Assembly (NCBI GenBank): GCA_024679065.1
Contig: JAGIQG010000016.1
Coordinates: 8,556,001-8,620,000, forward strand
Direction: 5' to 3'
Length of the DNA: 64,000 nucleotides
From: Sphyrna mokarran
Taxonomy: Eukaryota
Both the position numbers and the translations under genes were made by a program. Under the pieces are notes generated by a model, which saw nothing but the letters and a program-made list of their open reading frames with translations, did no database searches and was not told where the DNA came from. Shown here piece after piece: positions 37,291 through 50,364 of this stretch (position 1 is the first letter of the stretch; each line of letters opens with the position of its first letter).

Positions 37291-40200
37291 GGTCCTACAG
37301 TCCCACTTCGTAGGATTATGGCATTAATTGGGGGGAAAGACGTCTAGAAAATGGCTCTAATTGCTTCTGTTGATACAGTTGCCAGATGGCCTCACTATGA
37401 ATTCCTAGCTAAGCTCCAGGAATGGTTATTACACTTAGTCCTCTGCAGGAAATGTTGGCACAGCTATAGAGGGGACTGCAAACTTTGTTTGACATCTCCA
37501 TTACCTTGTAATGAATTATTCTTTTTGAAGAATTTTTTTTTCAAAGTCTGATGTTTATTTAAAGAAGCTTAGGAGGCACGAAATGGATAAAAGTTTTTTT
37601 GTCATTGAAACAATAAATGGTTTTGATTGACACTTTTTTTTAGAAGCTGTAAGAATGAGCCATTTTTTTAACACTGCTTATTGTGTCCGTTTCAGACACT
37701 TGCCAATGGCCTATTGAATCTGTTCATATGGGGGAAGTGGGTTTGCAGGATGCACGGAGGACATGAAAAATAAGAGGGTATTGGAAAATATGAGAGTGAG
37801 AGAGAGGAGAGGATTAGTGGGGGTGACATTCATGATTACAACTGGGCCAATGTCCCAGTAATCAGAAGCAGGCCTTTAGCCGACTGGCCTCACCATCTGT
37901 CCACCTCCACTGCCATTTCTGGAATACCTCCAGAAGTGGCATACCTGATTCCATCCACAACCCGCTGCCACTACCGCCACCGGCCAAAACACCCCACACT
38001 ACCACCACCACCAACAAACCAGGAAATTATGGCAGGCAGGGACCGATTTAATGTAGGCAGGTTTGCAGATAAATAGCTTTCCCAACTCAGGCTTTCCTTC
38101 TCCTTCATGCAAATCCAGTCCTTGGAAGCCTGCACAGAAAAACAATCAAATAAATCAGCATTTGGTACCTTCTCTGTTCCTGTTCTTTCTGGGTACCTTT
38201 AAATGACAGTACATTTGTGGAACTGCTCTATGAAGTGTGTGTGAAAACTGAGCCAACCTTTGGAAGAACAGTGGTCCAATTGCTCTAACTTGGGAAATTT
38301 AGCATCACAGGGATGCTATGTGAAATACTTGGCTTTGTTTACCTAGTTAGCAGTTTTCACAAACCAGTTGCTGCATGGTTGCCAATGAATATTGAAATGT
38401 GCAACCTTGACATACCGTGGTAGCACAGCAACATTCAAACGTGGTCCCTGAAAGGGTAGGGGGTTATAATTCACATAGGTACCCTGGTCGCTGCAGGCTT
38501 GGATGTCTGACGGGCCTGTTCATGTAAAATAATATTCTTTGTGCTTTGTCCTATATTCAGTGGAGAAATGTGTACGACATTTGTGCATTTCGGATTCCTC
38601 TCCTTCCCTTACACTTGTGTCCTGTGTTACAGAGGCAGATCCGGGCTCCGCGGGACCATCCGGCATTGTGGCCCTGCTGCAGCTCCTGCCCATCCTGATT
38701 CAGGCAGCTTAGGCGCATCCTCGGAAGAAGCGGAAGAAAAGACCTCTAATAGCGCTGTTGGTGCCAGCTTCCACTCACCAGCACTGATACTGGCATGATG
38801 TTGTGTCCAGTTAGTTGCGAGGCCTGTGAGTAATGTTCTCGTGAGTACGACAGACTGATAATGTGCATCAGCTGGACCAAGGAACATATCATGCGTCTGG
38901 CCCGCGGGTGCCTGCCAGCCGTGAGGACTCAGCTGGCTCCAGGCGAAATGTTGGACTCTGAGATCATTTCTCTCTCAGCTGTTGGAGATGCAGCAACAAA
39001 GTCAGGGAATGCACTGGGGGCTAACGGTTACAATGTTACAGCTGCGAGGCTGTTAGGAGGAATCGGAAACCTTTCAGGTGAAGTAGATATTGTCTATTGT
39101 TCGTGGTTCCCAGGCCAACACTGTGAAGGCGGCCTCTGTGATGGAAATTCTGGGGTAGGGAATCTTCACCATGAGTACCAGGCTGCAAACAATGACTATG
39201 TCCACAGCAGACCACCAGATTCTCAGACAGCCGTGGCCGAGATAAAGTGGGCCACGGCTGAGGGGCTGAACAAATTTCTTGAGTTCCTGCGGCCCATGAC
39301 TGAGAGCCTCCGCAGCTTGCAGAAGATCCAGAGGGACAGCACTGAGACACAATGAGCTATAGCATCTGATCTTGTGAACATGGCCCAGTTATAGAGTGTC
39401 ATGGCTGAGGGCTGCAGGGTGTGGCCCAGTCTCAAAGGTCAGTTGCTGCGGCCATTGACAGGTGGTTCCCGATTCAAGTGGCCATATCAGAAACCTCAAT
39501 TTACATGGGGAGGATGCAGGTGGTCCTCTAGAAGTGGCAGGGCCAAGAGACCCGGAGCTTCTGGAGCTCAATGTGGATTATGGCTCCATCCTATAAAATT
39601 ATTCAGGGGCCCACAGGAACCCCAAGGGAAGAGACAGGGATGGAGCCCAGGCCAGGGCCTTCAATCAGGAAATTGCAGTGTGGCCGCACTTCTTGACATT
39701 CCCCTTCATGGCACCGAGGCATCTTACTGGCAACGGAATGAAGAGGGTCTCATCGAAATGTCTCCGGTACCTGGAAGGCAGCCAGCGCCCTCAATGTTGA
39801 GGGCCTCCAGAGAATACCCGCCATGCGCATCATAGCCAATGGAGTGAGTTAGGCAGCTGCTTTCCTTCACCACTGGTGTACATTTTGGGGATAAACTGAG
39901 ATGTAATTGAAATGGTGTCATGGGAAGCAGATAGTAGATAGCACAGACTGTTTGTTATCCTTTGAAATAATTTTAATATAAGGCAATAAATTATTTTAGT
40001 ATATGCTGTGAAATACTAATGAGCACAACTGATTCCTCTCACTTTGTAATTTGATGCAGTTTTCAACTTAATATGTTACTTGTTAAACAGAAGTAAGACT
40101 TACATTAACAGAACAATGGAGTTATTGTGACAATCCCATAAATGCCACATTCCAGCGCCTGTTCAGGTCAATGCACCTAGTCGGTTTGTCTTTCATAATC

Positions 40201-40840
40201 AAAATACTTCAAAATTGACTAGCATAAGAATGAAGGAGAATCGGAATGACACCTAAAAATTCTAACATGACAAGTGGGATATGAGTGAAACTTTTTGCCC
40301 AGCTGGTGACATAATCGCAGCATAAGAAAAAAGCCATTTCAACTGAGATGAGGAAGAATTCCTTCACTCTGAAATTCACAATGGTTAAAAAAAAAGAAAT
40401 CGCTGCCATGGACAGTTGTGCAATCTAAATCATTGAGTATGTGCAGAACACAATTCATTGCATGTCTGGATGCTTGTGAAACCAATGACAATGGAATAGG
40501 GGCATGGGCATTTTTAATAGCGCCACTATTAACTATTCAAATTGTGGAACAACATTTGTTGGCGTAATAATTTTCTCCTTGACATTTGATAGACTTTCCA
40601 CTGAAACAAGTACAGAAGCATTTTATTTTCCCTGTTCTTTCACCAGCTTCATATATTGTCATAATTTTGAAACGGCAAGCATGCCTATTTAAAAAGGGTC
40701 TCTTGAAATTTTGCACATATGCTCGATTTTAAGATACAAGAGAGTGAGTGCTTATAATGAGTTTCAGTTCATTTTGATAGTATTTTATTATTAACTCACA
40801 AAGATGTTCGTGATATCTGTTAGAACATGAACAAGCTTAC

Positions 40841-40867
40841 CTTTCATTCCACCCTTCTTCTTTAGTT
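40841..40867 (-). CDS. 27-nt microexon (E)LKKKGGMK
   Basis: atatgttgaatttag|AACTAAAGAAGAAGGGTGGAATGAAAG|gtaagc; phase 1-1. Confidence 0.8.
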
Positions 40868-41639
40868 CTAAATTCAACATATTGAGTTAATGCAACAAGT
40901 CGCAATGTAGGTAAGTTTAATGTATGCCACTGTGGCAAATTTAGTCAATCTTTCTTCCTCAGGTATGGACTTTATGTAATACATTGACTCAGATTATGTG
41001 GGTTAAAAAAAAACTCTATTCGAGTAGGGGTTTTTTTTTTCAAGTGTGAACGTTATCCAATCCTGGCGGGGCAGCTGACAGATCTGTTACAGAAAACAAG
41101 CTAAAAAAATGCTTTTGTATGTCTAATATTCAGCAAGGAAGGGATATTTTAAAAATGTAATCATGTGATTTCTTCCATTATCATATCATCGTGCTGATCT
41201 TCATCGGATGAATTCTGAGTTCAGTATAAGAACAGCACACAACAGTCTAAAACAATAACTTTGAAGGGATACAGAATCGGTTGTACATGCATGATTAAGT
41301 TGAGAATACTACGTAGCGGCAAATGAAAAGAAGGAAACATTTAAGAGAACAATTCAAAGATGTTCAACAAAACATTTTACAATTCAAAATATATGATCAT
41401 TTTGAAAAAAAGTTGCTGACTCAAGAATCAATTATATTGTTAAATTAACATTAGCTATTTCTAAAGATTGTTTTAGAAATAAGCAGGAGAAAAATGCACA
41501 CTGGATAAGAATTGAGCAAAGTTTAGTACACGCCGTTAACGAAGATGAAATCAGAGTAAATTTGTTTTCAGAAATGCTGATTGAACAGGGGAACATCCAG
41601 AATATAGATGATGCCTCAAGGACACTACACACACACAAA

Positions 41640-42215
41640 AAAACTTAGGGGTTCGAGAAATCTTGAGCTGGCCATGTTACTGGTAGCAGGGGCGGAGGAA
41701 GGAGGAGGAGGGGGCAACGGCATAGGAGGTGGCGAGCATCGAGGGGTCACCACAAGAGCAGCCACCCCCAGAACCCAGGAAGGAGGGCATGGGGCTACTT
41801 TTGAGGACAAGGAGGTGAGTGAGCAGCCTCCCGAAAGGATGCACAGAAGGCAGAGGATGCCGACGCCAAGGAAACACAAGCTCCATACTTCCTACAAGGC
41901 CCTCTCAGAACAGATGAGGCAGGGGCGTCTGTCAAAGACCACAGTGCATCACATTTATCAGGTGCTTTCCACATGAAATTTCGGGGGAGCGGTGGCCACC
42001 CTCTCCCTGTGCATGTGAAGATGACAGAGCCTCAATTTCTATTCCTCTCCGTCATCCCAGGATCCCAGTGGCAAACTAGCTGGGATCTCACAGGCCTCCG
42101 TGCACAATATATATGACAGGTCTCAGATACCGTGTATGCCCGGATAGGGCAGTTCGTTGATTTCATTGTAGGTCATGCATAACAAGGAGTCCGAGCTGTT
42201 GGCCTCGCATCTATC
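41640..42215 (+). mobile_element. PIF/Harbinger transposase remnant (HARBI1-like N-terminal half)
   Basis: Across frameshifts reads GGHPLPVHVKMT..LNFYSS..SQG..GISQASVH...QVSDTVYARIGQFVDF, matching the Harbinger helix-turn-helix region. Confidence 0.6.
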
Positions 42216-42237
42216 TGTGTAGGACACAGTGGATGGG

Positions 42238-42630
42238 AGTTCCACACACATGAGGACAACCTTAATCGGGATCTTGCGTTCAGCTTACACTATCTGTAAC
42301 TTCCACGACCTGCCCGGGCTTGCAAAATGTCACTAACTCCCTGACTGAAGACAATACACATTCCTTTAAACTTTGCTTATCCCCCTCTCCATTCACATTG
42401 TCTCTACCTATCAGCGTTGATTACGTGTAAAGACTCACATTCCAACCATTATTTTGTAAATTGAGTTTGTGTCTTTATATGCCCTGCTTGTGAACAGAAC
42501 TTCCACTCATCTGATGAAACAGCAAGTTCTGAAAGCTTATGGCTACCAAACAGACCTGTTGGTCTTTAACCTGGTTTTGTGAAACTTCTTTTTGTGCTTA
42601 CACCAGTCCAATACTGGCATCGCTACATCA
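42238..42630 (+). mobile_element. Penelope 3'-terminal fragment
   Basis: acacatgaggac..ccttaatcgggatctt..cactatctgtaac followed by the terminal repeat ending cctgttggtctttaacctgg..ccagtccaatactggcatc. Confidence 0.88.
42508..42541 (+). ncRNA. Degenerate hammerhead motif in the Penelope fragment
   Basis: CAT-CTGATGA-A-ACAGC(AA)GTTCT-GAAA-GC-TT-ATG; stem I is CAT/ATG, stem II is damaged. Confidence 0.55.
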
Positions 42631-42933
42631 GGCACATTGGCAGGTGTAGGAGGCTGATGACCGACATTTTTACCACGTCGTGAAAATACCTGCTAGCCTT
42701 AAAATCCTGAAGATATTCTTGAATCCACACTATATTTTTTCTTGCCCAGCGACGGGAAAATAATGACACACGGCCTCCCCCTGGTTTCTAAGGATTCATT
42801 TAAAAAAAAAATCTCTTGCAATTGCAATAGAATATTTGATTATGAAAATATTTCTGATGAGGAAAGGGAAAAAGAACGGTGCACACAAACAGAAAATTAA
42901 TATTGTCGAATTGAAATTCATTTGCGTCCTTAC

Positions 42934-42960
42934 CTTCTTGATCTGAGATCATTTTTCGTT
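42934..42960 (-). CDS. 27-nt microexon (E)RKMISDQE
   Basis: ttcataattatcttag|AACGAAAAATGATCTCAGATCAAGAAG|gtaagg; phase 1-1. Confidence 0.82.
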
Positions 42961-44344
42961 CTAAGATAATTATGAATGATGTTTTAGATATATCAGTCTT
43001 TTTGCAGCCTCTTTAACAAAATGCAACATTCTTTTTTTCACGAACAGAAACAAATTGACAGTCTTTTGGCAGTTATATAGATTCTCAGACACTTGGTAAA
43101 ATGTTTGCATTTAAAGAAAATGCTTCAACGATGAATGAGAGGGACACCGTCGCAATAATTTATGCAGAATACCTGTGATTAAATCTCAGATAACTCAGAC
43201 CATTCTTCCCCATAGGCCAGTAATTAGTAGCTGTGGATGTCGAGGGACCTAGTTCCGGTAAGCGAACATGTTTGAGAGTTGTGCGCTTGAAAGAAATGAT
43301 GACAATTGTTTGGGGATAAGAACAGTTTCAACTCAGAGGCCCATTTAAAAATCAATCCGTTGCTTTATTGGAAACAAGCGTAAGACAGCGACCGAGGGAA
43401 GATCTTTAAATGCAACTTGGTACACGTTAAGCCTCGGGCCTTCTGGTTTAGATAACACGAGTGTGCAAAATCGTAGAACAGTACAGACCAAACAGGAGTT
43501 GTCATATTCAGTTCTGGGTTTGTAAAAAAATAACGAAGAGGCAATATGCCTGAAACAAGTGAACGGACACACGTCCAAAGTCGACGATATGCGAATGCCA
43601 ATGTCTTAATATTTGAGCAAAATTATTCCAGTTAGCAGCTTCAGAAAGATATGCAAAGATTTTGCATATGAAGAGTGAGTTTTGAAATTGCGCATGGAGC
43701 AACCACAACTGCGATCGGTACAGTGTTTTACAGAGATGGACGTCAAGGTATGTGGAAAGATCATGCCGGATTTACGAAAGATCAATAAGAAGAACCGCAT
43801 CCTGACGTTTTCTATATCGTAGCAATACATCAATCTGCATGATGCATTTTTTTTTGGATAGGAAACCAGATGAAATGGTTCCACTGCCCTGTGCACCTAC
43901 ACAATACTGTGTGGTTTGCACAATATACTTCCTTTCATCTTCTTAAATACAGTTGAATCACTAGAATATTTTATACTTAAGGAATAGTAATCCTGCCTCT
44001 TTTTTTTGAATCAGTTCTCACTATTGAAACTTTTAAGCATCCGGTTCGTTTTTTTCTGTTCAATAATGATAACTGGAGTATGAAACAATCTACTGCTCAA
44101 ACGCCGGCGTTGTGGAAGCAAATTTGACACCCGATATTGAGTTATGTTACTGATATGAGGTAACTAAACACACTGGGATAAATCCCACATAATTGAACAT
44201 GCAGGGTCGATCTTGTCAATGCCCAATATAAACACGTTTTTCGTTCGACCTAAGGCAGTCGAAATATTGCAGTGACAAATACATGCAATAATAATCAAAA
44301 AAATGAAACAATACGCAAGTTGCTGAAGTGCTCCCCGTGCTCAC

Positions 44345-44380
44345 CAGACTCTTGAAGCTTCTTTCTCAGCTTTTCCAGTT
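44345..44380 (-). CDS. 36-nt microexon (E)LEKLRKKLQES
   Basis: ccatcccccctaag|AACTGGAAAAGCTGAGAAAGAAGCTTCAAGAGTCTG|gtgagc; phase 1-1; resembles exon 33465-33500. Confidence 0.87.
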
Positions 44381-44576
44381 CTTAGGGGGGATGGCGGTTG
44401 TTTATGTTGGGGAGAAGGCGTTGAGGTGGCGTGAGTGAGTGAACAAAAAACAAACGTTAATATTTACGACTGAACATGAAAAATATTTTTCTCTATTCAA
44501 CCAATGGTAATAGAGCAGAAAATTATCTCCATTGTAGCACAGAGAGGCTGGTTTGGATTTCTTATCTGACTGAATC

Positions 44577-46600
44577 AGGCGAGGAGGAAATGGTCGAGTA
44601 AGAGAACCTTGGTGTACAAAAAAAGTTGATTTGCTGGTTAAAAGGAAAAAGGAGGCTTATGTCAGGATGAGGCTTGAAGGCTCGGTTAGTGCAATGGATA
44701 GCTATAGATTAGCCAGGAGGGAGCTAAAGAGTGAAGTGAGGAGAGCTAAGAGAGGACACGAGAAGACTTTGGCTGATAGGATTAAGGAGAATCCTAAAGC
44801 TTTCTTTAGATATGTTAAGAATAGAAGATTGGTTAGGGCAAGATTAGGGCCAGTCATAGACAGCAGTGGGAAGTTGTGCGTGGAGCTGAAGAGATTGGAG
44901 AGGCACTGAATAAATATTTCTCTTCGGTATTCACGCAGGGTGATGTAAATGTAGTTATGGAGAACACTGAGGTACAGGGTAGCAAACTGGAAAGTATCGA
45001 AGTAGATAGGGAGGATGGGCTAGATATTCTCGAGGGTTTGAAGTTGGATAAGTCCCCTGGGCCGGACGGGATTTACCCTAGGATTCTCTGGGAGGCAAGA
45101 GAGGAGATTGCAGAGCCTCTGGCTCTGATCTTCAGGCCGTCGTTGGTTACAGGCGTGGTTCCGGAGGACTGGAGGATAACGAATGTGGTCCCGTTGTTCA
45201 AGAAGGGGAAGAGAGACCTTCCAGGGAATTATAGGCCAGTGAGTCTTACTTCTGTGGTGGGCAAAGTGTTGGAGAGAATAATTAGGGATAGGATTTATAG
45301 TTATTTAGAGAGTAATGAATTGATTGGAGATAGTCAGCATGGTTTTGTGAAGGGTAGGTCGTGACTTACTAACCTCATTGAGTTTTTTGAAAAAGTGACT
45401 AAGGAGGTGGATGGGGGTAAGGCGGTTGATGTGGTATATATGGACTTTAGTAGGCGTTTGATAAGGTGGCCCATGGAAGACTTCTGCAGAAAATGCAGAT
45501 GTATGGGATAGAGGGTGATTTAGCTAATTGGATTAGGAATTGGCTAGCGAATAGAAGACAGAGGGTGGTGGTTGATGGGAGATATTCATCATGGAGTTCG
45601 GTGACAAGTGGTGTACCTCAGGGGTCTGTTTTGGGGCCCTGCTGTTTGTAATTTTTATAAATGATCTGGATGAGGGTATTGAAGGATGGATTAGTAAATT
45701 TGCAGATGACACTAAAGTCGGTGGAGTGGTAGATAGTAAAGAGGGGGGTTATAGTTTGCAGAGGGACTTGGACAAGTTGCAGAGCTGGGCCGAGAGGTGG
45801 CAAATGGAGTTTAATGTGGAAAAGTGTGAGGTAATGCACTATGGCAGAAATAATAAATGTGTAGAGTATAGGGCTAATGGTAGGATTCTTAGTAGTATTG
45901 ATGAACAGAGGGATCTTGGTGTGTATGTGCATAGATCCCTGAAAGTAGGCAGTCAAGTCGAGAAGGTTGTTAAGAAGGCATATGGAGTCTTAGCTTTTCT
46001 TGGTAGGGGGATTGAATTTCGGAGCCGCAACGTCATGTTGCAACTGTACAACACTCTAGTGCGGCCGCACTTGGAGTATTGTGTGCAGTTCTGGTCCCCA
46101 CATTATAAGAAAGATGTGGAGGCATTGGAGAGGGTACAGAGGAGGTTTACCAGGATGTTGCTGGTATGGAGGGCAGGTCTTATGAAGAGAGGCTGAGGGA
46201 TTTGAGGTTGTTTTTGTTAGAAAGGAGGCGGCTAAGAGGGGACCTAATCGCAACATATAAGATGATTAGAGGTTTAGATAGGGTGGACAGTGATAGCCTT
46301 TTTCCTAGGATGGAGAAAGCTAGACGAGGGGACACAGCTTTAAATTAAGGGGTGATAGTTATAGGACGGATATCAGAGGCAGGTTCTTTACCCAAAGGGT
46401 GATTCGGGAGTGGAATGCCCTGCCTGCAGCGGTTGTAGATGCGCCAAGTTTGGTGGCGTTTAAGAGGTTAGTTGATAAGTATATGGAAGAGAAGGGAATG
46501 GGTTAGTTTGGAGGGGCATTGCTTTTTATATTGGTCGGCGCAACATCGAAGGCCGAAGGGCCTGTTCTGTGCTGTAGTGTTCTATGTTCTATGTTCTATG
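44577..46600 (+). mobile_element. Young 5'-truncated CR1 LINE (about 2 kb of ORF2 RT plus tail)
   Basis: KSPGPDGIYPR, NVVPLFKKG..NYRPVSLTSVVGK, SQHGF, SGVPQGSVLG, FADDTK; (ttctatg)n tail; few frameshifts. Confidence 0.96.
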
Positions 46601-47353
46601 AACATCCTGCCCGAATATCTGGTCAATAATATTAAACACAAGGCCACAATTACAAGACATGATGTAACGATGCTCGAATACTAACCTAAGGAAAGAACAA
46701 AATATTTGTTTTTACCTGTCACAACTTTATAGAGACTGGTGTCTACCTGGTTACAGTCATCACCCAAGGTGACACTGTACAGAAGCTCACCCTTGCCGTT
46801 GTGAACCACAATGTGTTCCCAATTTGGCAGCCAATGTAATGTTCAATCTTAATTATAAACATATGGAATATCCTGTCCAGTGTCAATGCAGAATCTACTG
46901 ATACTGCATCTTACGAGAATTAAAGGAGCTGGAAAGTGCTCACTTTTTCCCCAATTATTTTAGTTCAGTATTTATTTTCTCACATAAAGCATGTAACTCT
47001 ATTATTACCCTAAGTTTTCGAGAGATTGCCTTTGTATCAATACCTGCCATTAATAAATCAACACATTTTCCATACGTGTGGCAAATGTTCATTGATTTAC
47101 TTTTATAATGATGTATTTCTTATGGCACAGAAGAAAACATGTTTGAAAGTTCAAAGCCGTTCAAAGCCTTTACACTAATATTTAGATTTATTAATAAATA
47201 CCAGCACAAATCTCTCTGAAGTCGTGAAAAATGTATAAAATTGGTTAAAGTGCAGTGTGAAAGAGCAAAACAGCACGCAATACTACACCAGCATGTAAAT
47301 GAAAACAATTATAATAGCGAAAAAGTTAGCTGATAAACAGTTGGTGTAATTAC

Positions 47354-47380
47354 CTCTGTCTTTCTTGCCTAGTTGTTGTT
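47354..47380 (-). CDS. 27-nt microexon (E)QQLGKKDR
   Basis: taatatcccttgtag|AACAACAACTAGGCAAGAAAGACAGAG|gtaatt; phase 1-1. Confidence 0.83.
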
Positions 47381-47499
47381 CTACAAGGGATATTAGTGGG
47401 TTAAAGCACACCAAGATAATCATTTTATGATCTGTCAGTTCGACTTATTTCTAAGAGAGAACAATATGTTAGATTGCCATCTGCGAATCATCTGATTAA

Positions 47500-47705
47500 C
47501 CATTCATACATACATGCATCCATCCATCCATTCATCCACCCAACTGTCCATCTGGCCATCCTGCTGTCCGTCCGTCTGTCCATCCCTCCGTCCCTCTGTC
47601 CTTCCGTCCATCTGTCTGTCTACGTGTTTGCCCGTCCGTCCGTCCATCCATCCTGCCTTCTGCCCATCTCTCGGTCCATTCATCCACCTCATTCTCCCTC
47701 CATTT
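47500..47705. repeat. Degenerate (TCCA/TCCG/TCTG)n tetranucleotide repeat
   Basis: Direct reading. Confidence 0.9.
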
Positions 47706-48324
47706 ATTCATGTCTTCACGTATTTTTTTTCTTCTTTATTTTAATAATGTTTGTTCATTTCATGCGATTGAGCACTTGGGAACAGAAATCCAAAACTTCA
47801 AAAACTACATTGAGCTAAATATATAAAGAAACTGCTTCCATTTCAGAGATAATTGGATCACCGCTTATATTTAAACAATATCCCCAAAACCTAAACTCTC
47901 CTACAGTGAAAAACATCATTTTACTATACCCCCAGAAAGTTCTTCTCAATGTCTGCTCTGTTTTATTCAGATTGACTTATTATTGTGCATTCCAATTGAC
48001 ACAGCCTCAGATTGTCCTCCCCCGCCCTCCCATTTTATTCAGGCTCCTGGATTACGGTCATTTGAAGCACAGGTGCACAAATTACTACTCATATAAAGAC
48101 CGGTTAATTTCCTCAGAGCATTCGTCAAACTAAAAGCAGGTTTCTAGTCTTCAATTGCCTTTTCATATCACAAATAATTTGCACATCCCTCTCTCCATTT
48201 TAATAAAAAAAAGACATAAAAGAACAGTGGCTTTAAGTTGAAAATGGTATTAACGAAGTTGATGCAAGAACTGCGAGATTGTAGCTATTATGAAAGAACC
48301 TTCCGGACATAGAGCCAAAGTTTC

Positions 48325-48720
48325 GATGAAATGGAACAAAGAACAAAGAAAAGTACAGCAGAGAAGCAGCGTCTTCAATTCTTCAAGCCTGTGCCGGTCA
48401 CAATATCTGCCTAAGCAAAATCTGTATGAACATATACTCTATATTCTCCCATTCCCATTCCTATTATGTGTTCGTTTAGCTGCCCCTTCCATACCTCTGT
48501 TGTACCTGCTCTCAGCATCACCCCAGGCAGATCGTCCTAGAAATTCAGCACCCTCTGTGTAAAAACAGAACTTGCCTTGCTTTACACTTTCCTCTTGTAC
48601 CTTAAACCAATGTCCCATCGTATTTGATTTTTCTAGCTTCCGAAAGATTTTCTGACTAAACCTCCATCACGTAATCACTCAATCTCTGCTGTTCCAGTGA
48701 GAACAAAGTTTATCCCAATG
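48325..48720 (-). mobile_element. Old CR1 3' end fragment
   Basis: gaacaaagaacaaagaaaagtacagc tail; caccctctgtgtaaaa; ccttaaaccaatgtccc. Confidence 0.65.
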
Positions 48721-48838
48721 TCAAACGTTATGCTGCAGATAGGCTGGAAGCAGAATACGCTGGCATCAAATTTAGTCATCATATATGTAGCATTGCTGTT
48801 ATTACTTTCAACACGCAATTAAAGATACACGAACTTAC

Positions 48839-48862
48839 TCCGAGATTTGTGAGAATGAACAG
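48839..48862 (-). CDS. Possible additional 24-nt microexon (A)VHSHKSR
   Basis: ttgatatttatctgtcag|CTGTTCATTCTCACAAATCTCGGA|gtaagt; in frame, phase 1-1, but the peptide is not coil-like; not included in the assembled protein. Confidence 0.35.
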
Positions 48863-49519
48863 CTGACAGATAAATATCAAGGTCCATGTCATAAACGAAT
48901 CGGTATGCAGCCGATAAGATAAGAACAGCAGGATTGCGGAATTAGTTGATATTGGAAGAACGCAACATAAGGCCTGTGTGTGTTGTAGAGTTTATTCTTA
49001 TTTTCTTAGTCGAATGAATAGTTTCTGAGTGGAATACACGCAACTTGGAGCAACGAAACTTCACCTCATTTCAAGGACAATGCCTACAAAGACAATCGTG
49101 GTGCAATTATTCTTTTATAAGCAAACGCTTTATGATTGTAGTTGTATAATTGAATCCAAACTAAACATCACTGATTCCTATAGGTTCTTCACAGCAAGGA
49201 ACAGCAAACAAGTTCGTTAAATAATCAGCGTCAAACTGGACACTTGTCTTCGATAGACGGATATTGAGAATAACAGCCCTAGATTTGTCTTTCAAATTAA
49301 TGTCAGTTTGTACGAATCTCTGTCTATTCCTGAGTTCTTTCAATATCCATCATGATTTATATGTTCGTTGACATGATAAGGGAATGCACCAAAACAATGT
49401 TCAAAACACTTTGAAGTGAAATCACATATCATTAAATGAATATGCTTGTTTTTCCTAAGGCCAAGCCGCGTGCAACATTTACCCATTTTCAAATGAACGA
49501 TTAATTATTTAAAGTTCAC

Positions 49520-49555
49520 CTTGATCACTGACGTCTTCTTTAAGCTTTTGAATTT
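49520..49555 (-). CDS. 36-nt microexon (E)IQKLKEDVSDQ
   Basis: ttgtttcccctgttag|AAATTCAAAAGCTTAAAGAAGACGTCAGTGATCAAG|gtgaac; phase 1-1. Confidence 0.85.
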
Positions 49556-50346
49556 CTAACAGGGGAAACAATAATGTTACAAGAACATTGTCATTTAGTG
49601 GCAGTGTGGAATAACACCCTAAATGCAACAATTAAAAGAAAGGGATTACCTGGAACCATAACCCGAGCATTGCGAGGAAATAATGTGGAGTCAACATCAG
49701 ATCCGTATCATACTGGATCAGGCCAAATTGAAATCGTTTGGCGAATGTTCGTTTACTTATAATAGGTTGAATAAAATTGAGGTTCCATGACAGCCTAGAC
49801 TGAACGTTAAGTCATGCAAATTCACTTGCACTTAGTGTTTTTTTGATGTCGAACATGAAATGATTAATATTCGGTAAAATGCATTCCCTGAATTTAGGAG
49901 ATCGGAAATTTGTCTTTATTGAAAGAAGAACATTCTAGCTTGCCAAACAGTTTTACAGTGCATTCGATTCTTTTCATTTCAAGGGTTCATGATTGAATCA
50001 TGATACATTTCAAAAATGCATGACGCAAAAAAAGGGATTCTAAAAAATGTTTTTATCTGAGGGATCGTTTCCGTCCCTAGCGGACTAACAGTGAGGACGA
50101 AGAAAACAGCTAGTGCTAGATTTATGGATTTCACCGTTTAAACACACTTCATTCTCCTTATTCACTGAAAAAAATCTAATAAATACTGATGCAAATTAGA
50201 TGCCACCAATAACCCTTGTTCCAGGACGTTGTCCAACTCAATTGATCAGTTAAAGCGCAATTTTAGACCGGCGTGGTGAGCTATGTGTCTCTCTCCAGAA
50301 AGTTATCAGGTCTGCTGAGATTTGTCAGCACATCTTTTTCCTTCAC

Positions 50347-50364
50347 CTGCAGTTGTTTTTTTTT
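50347..50364 (-). CDS. 18-nt microexon (E)KKTTA
   Basis: attaattcaattttag|AAAAAAAAACAACTGCAG|gtgaag; phase 1-1 only if the 9-A run is called correctly. Confidence 0.55.
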
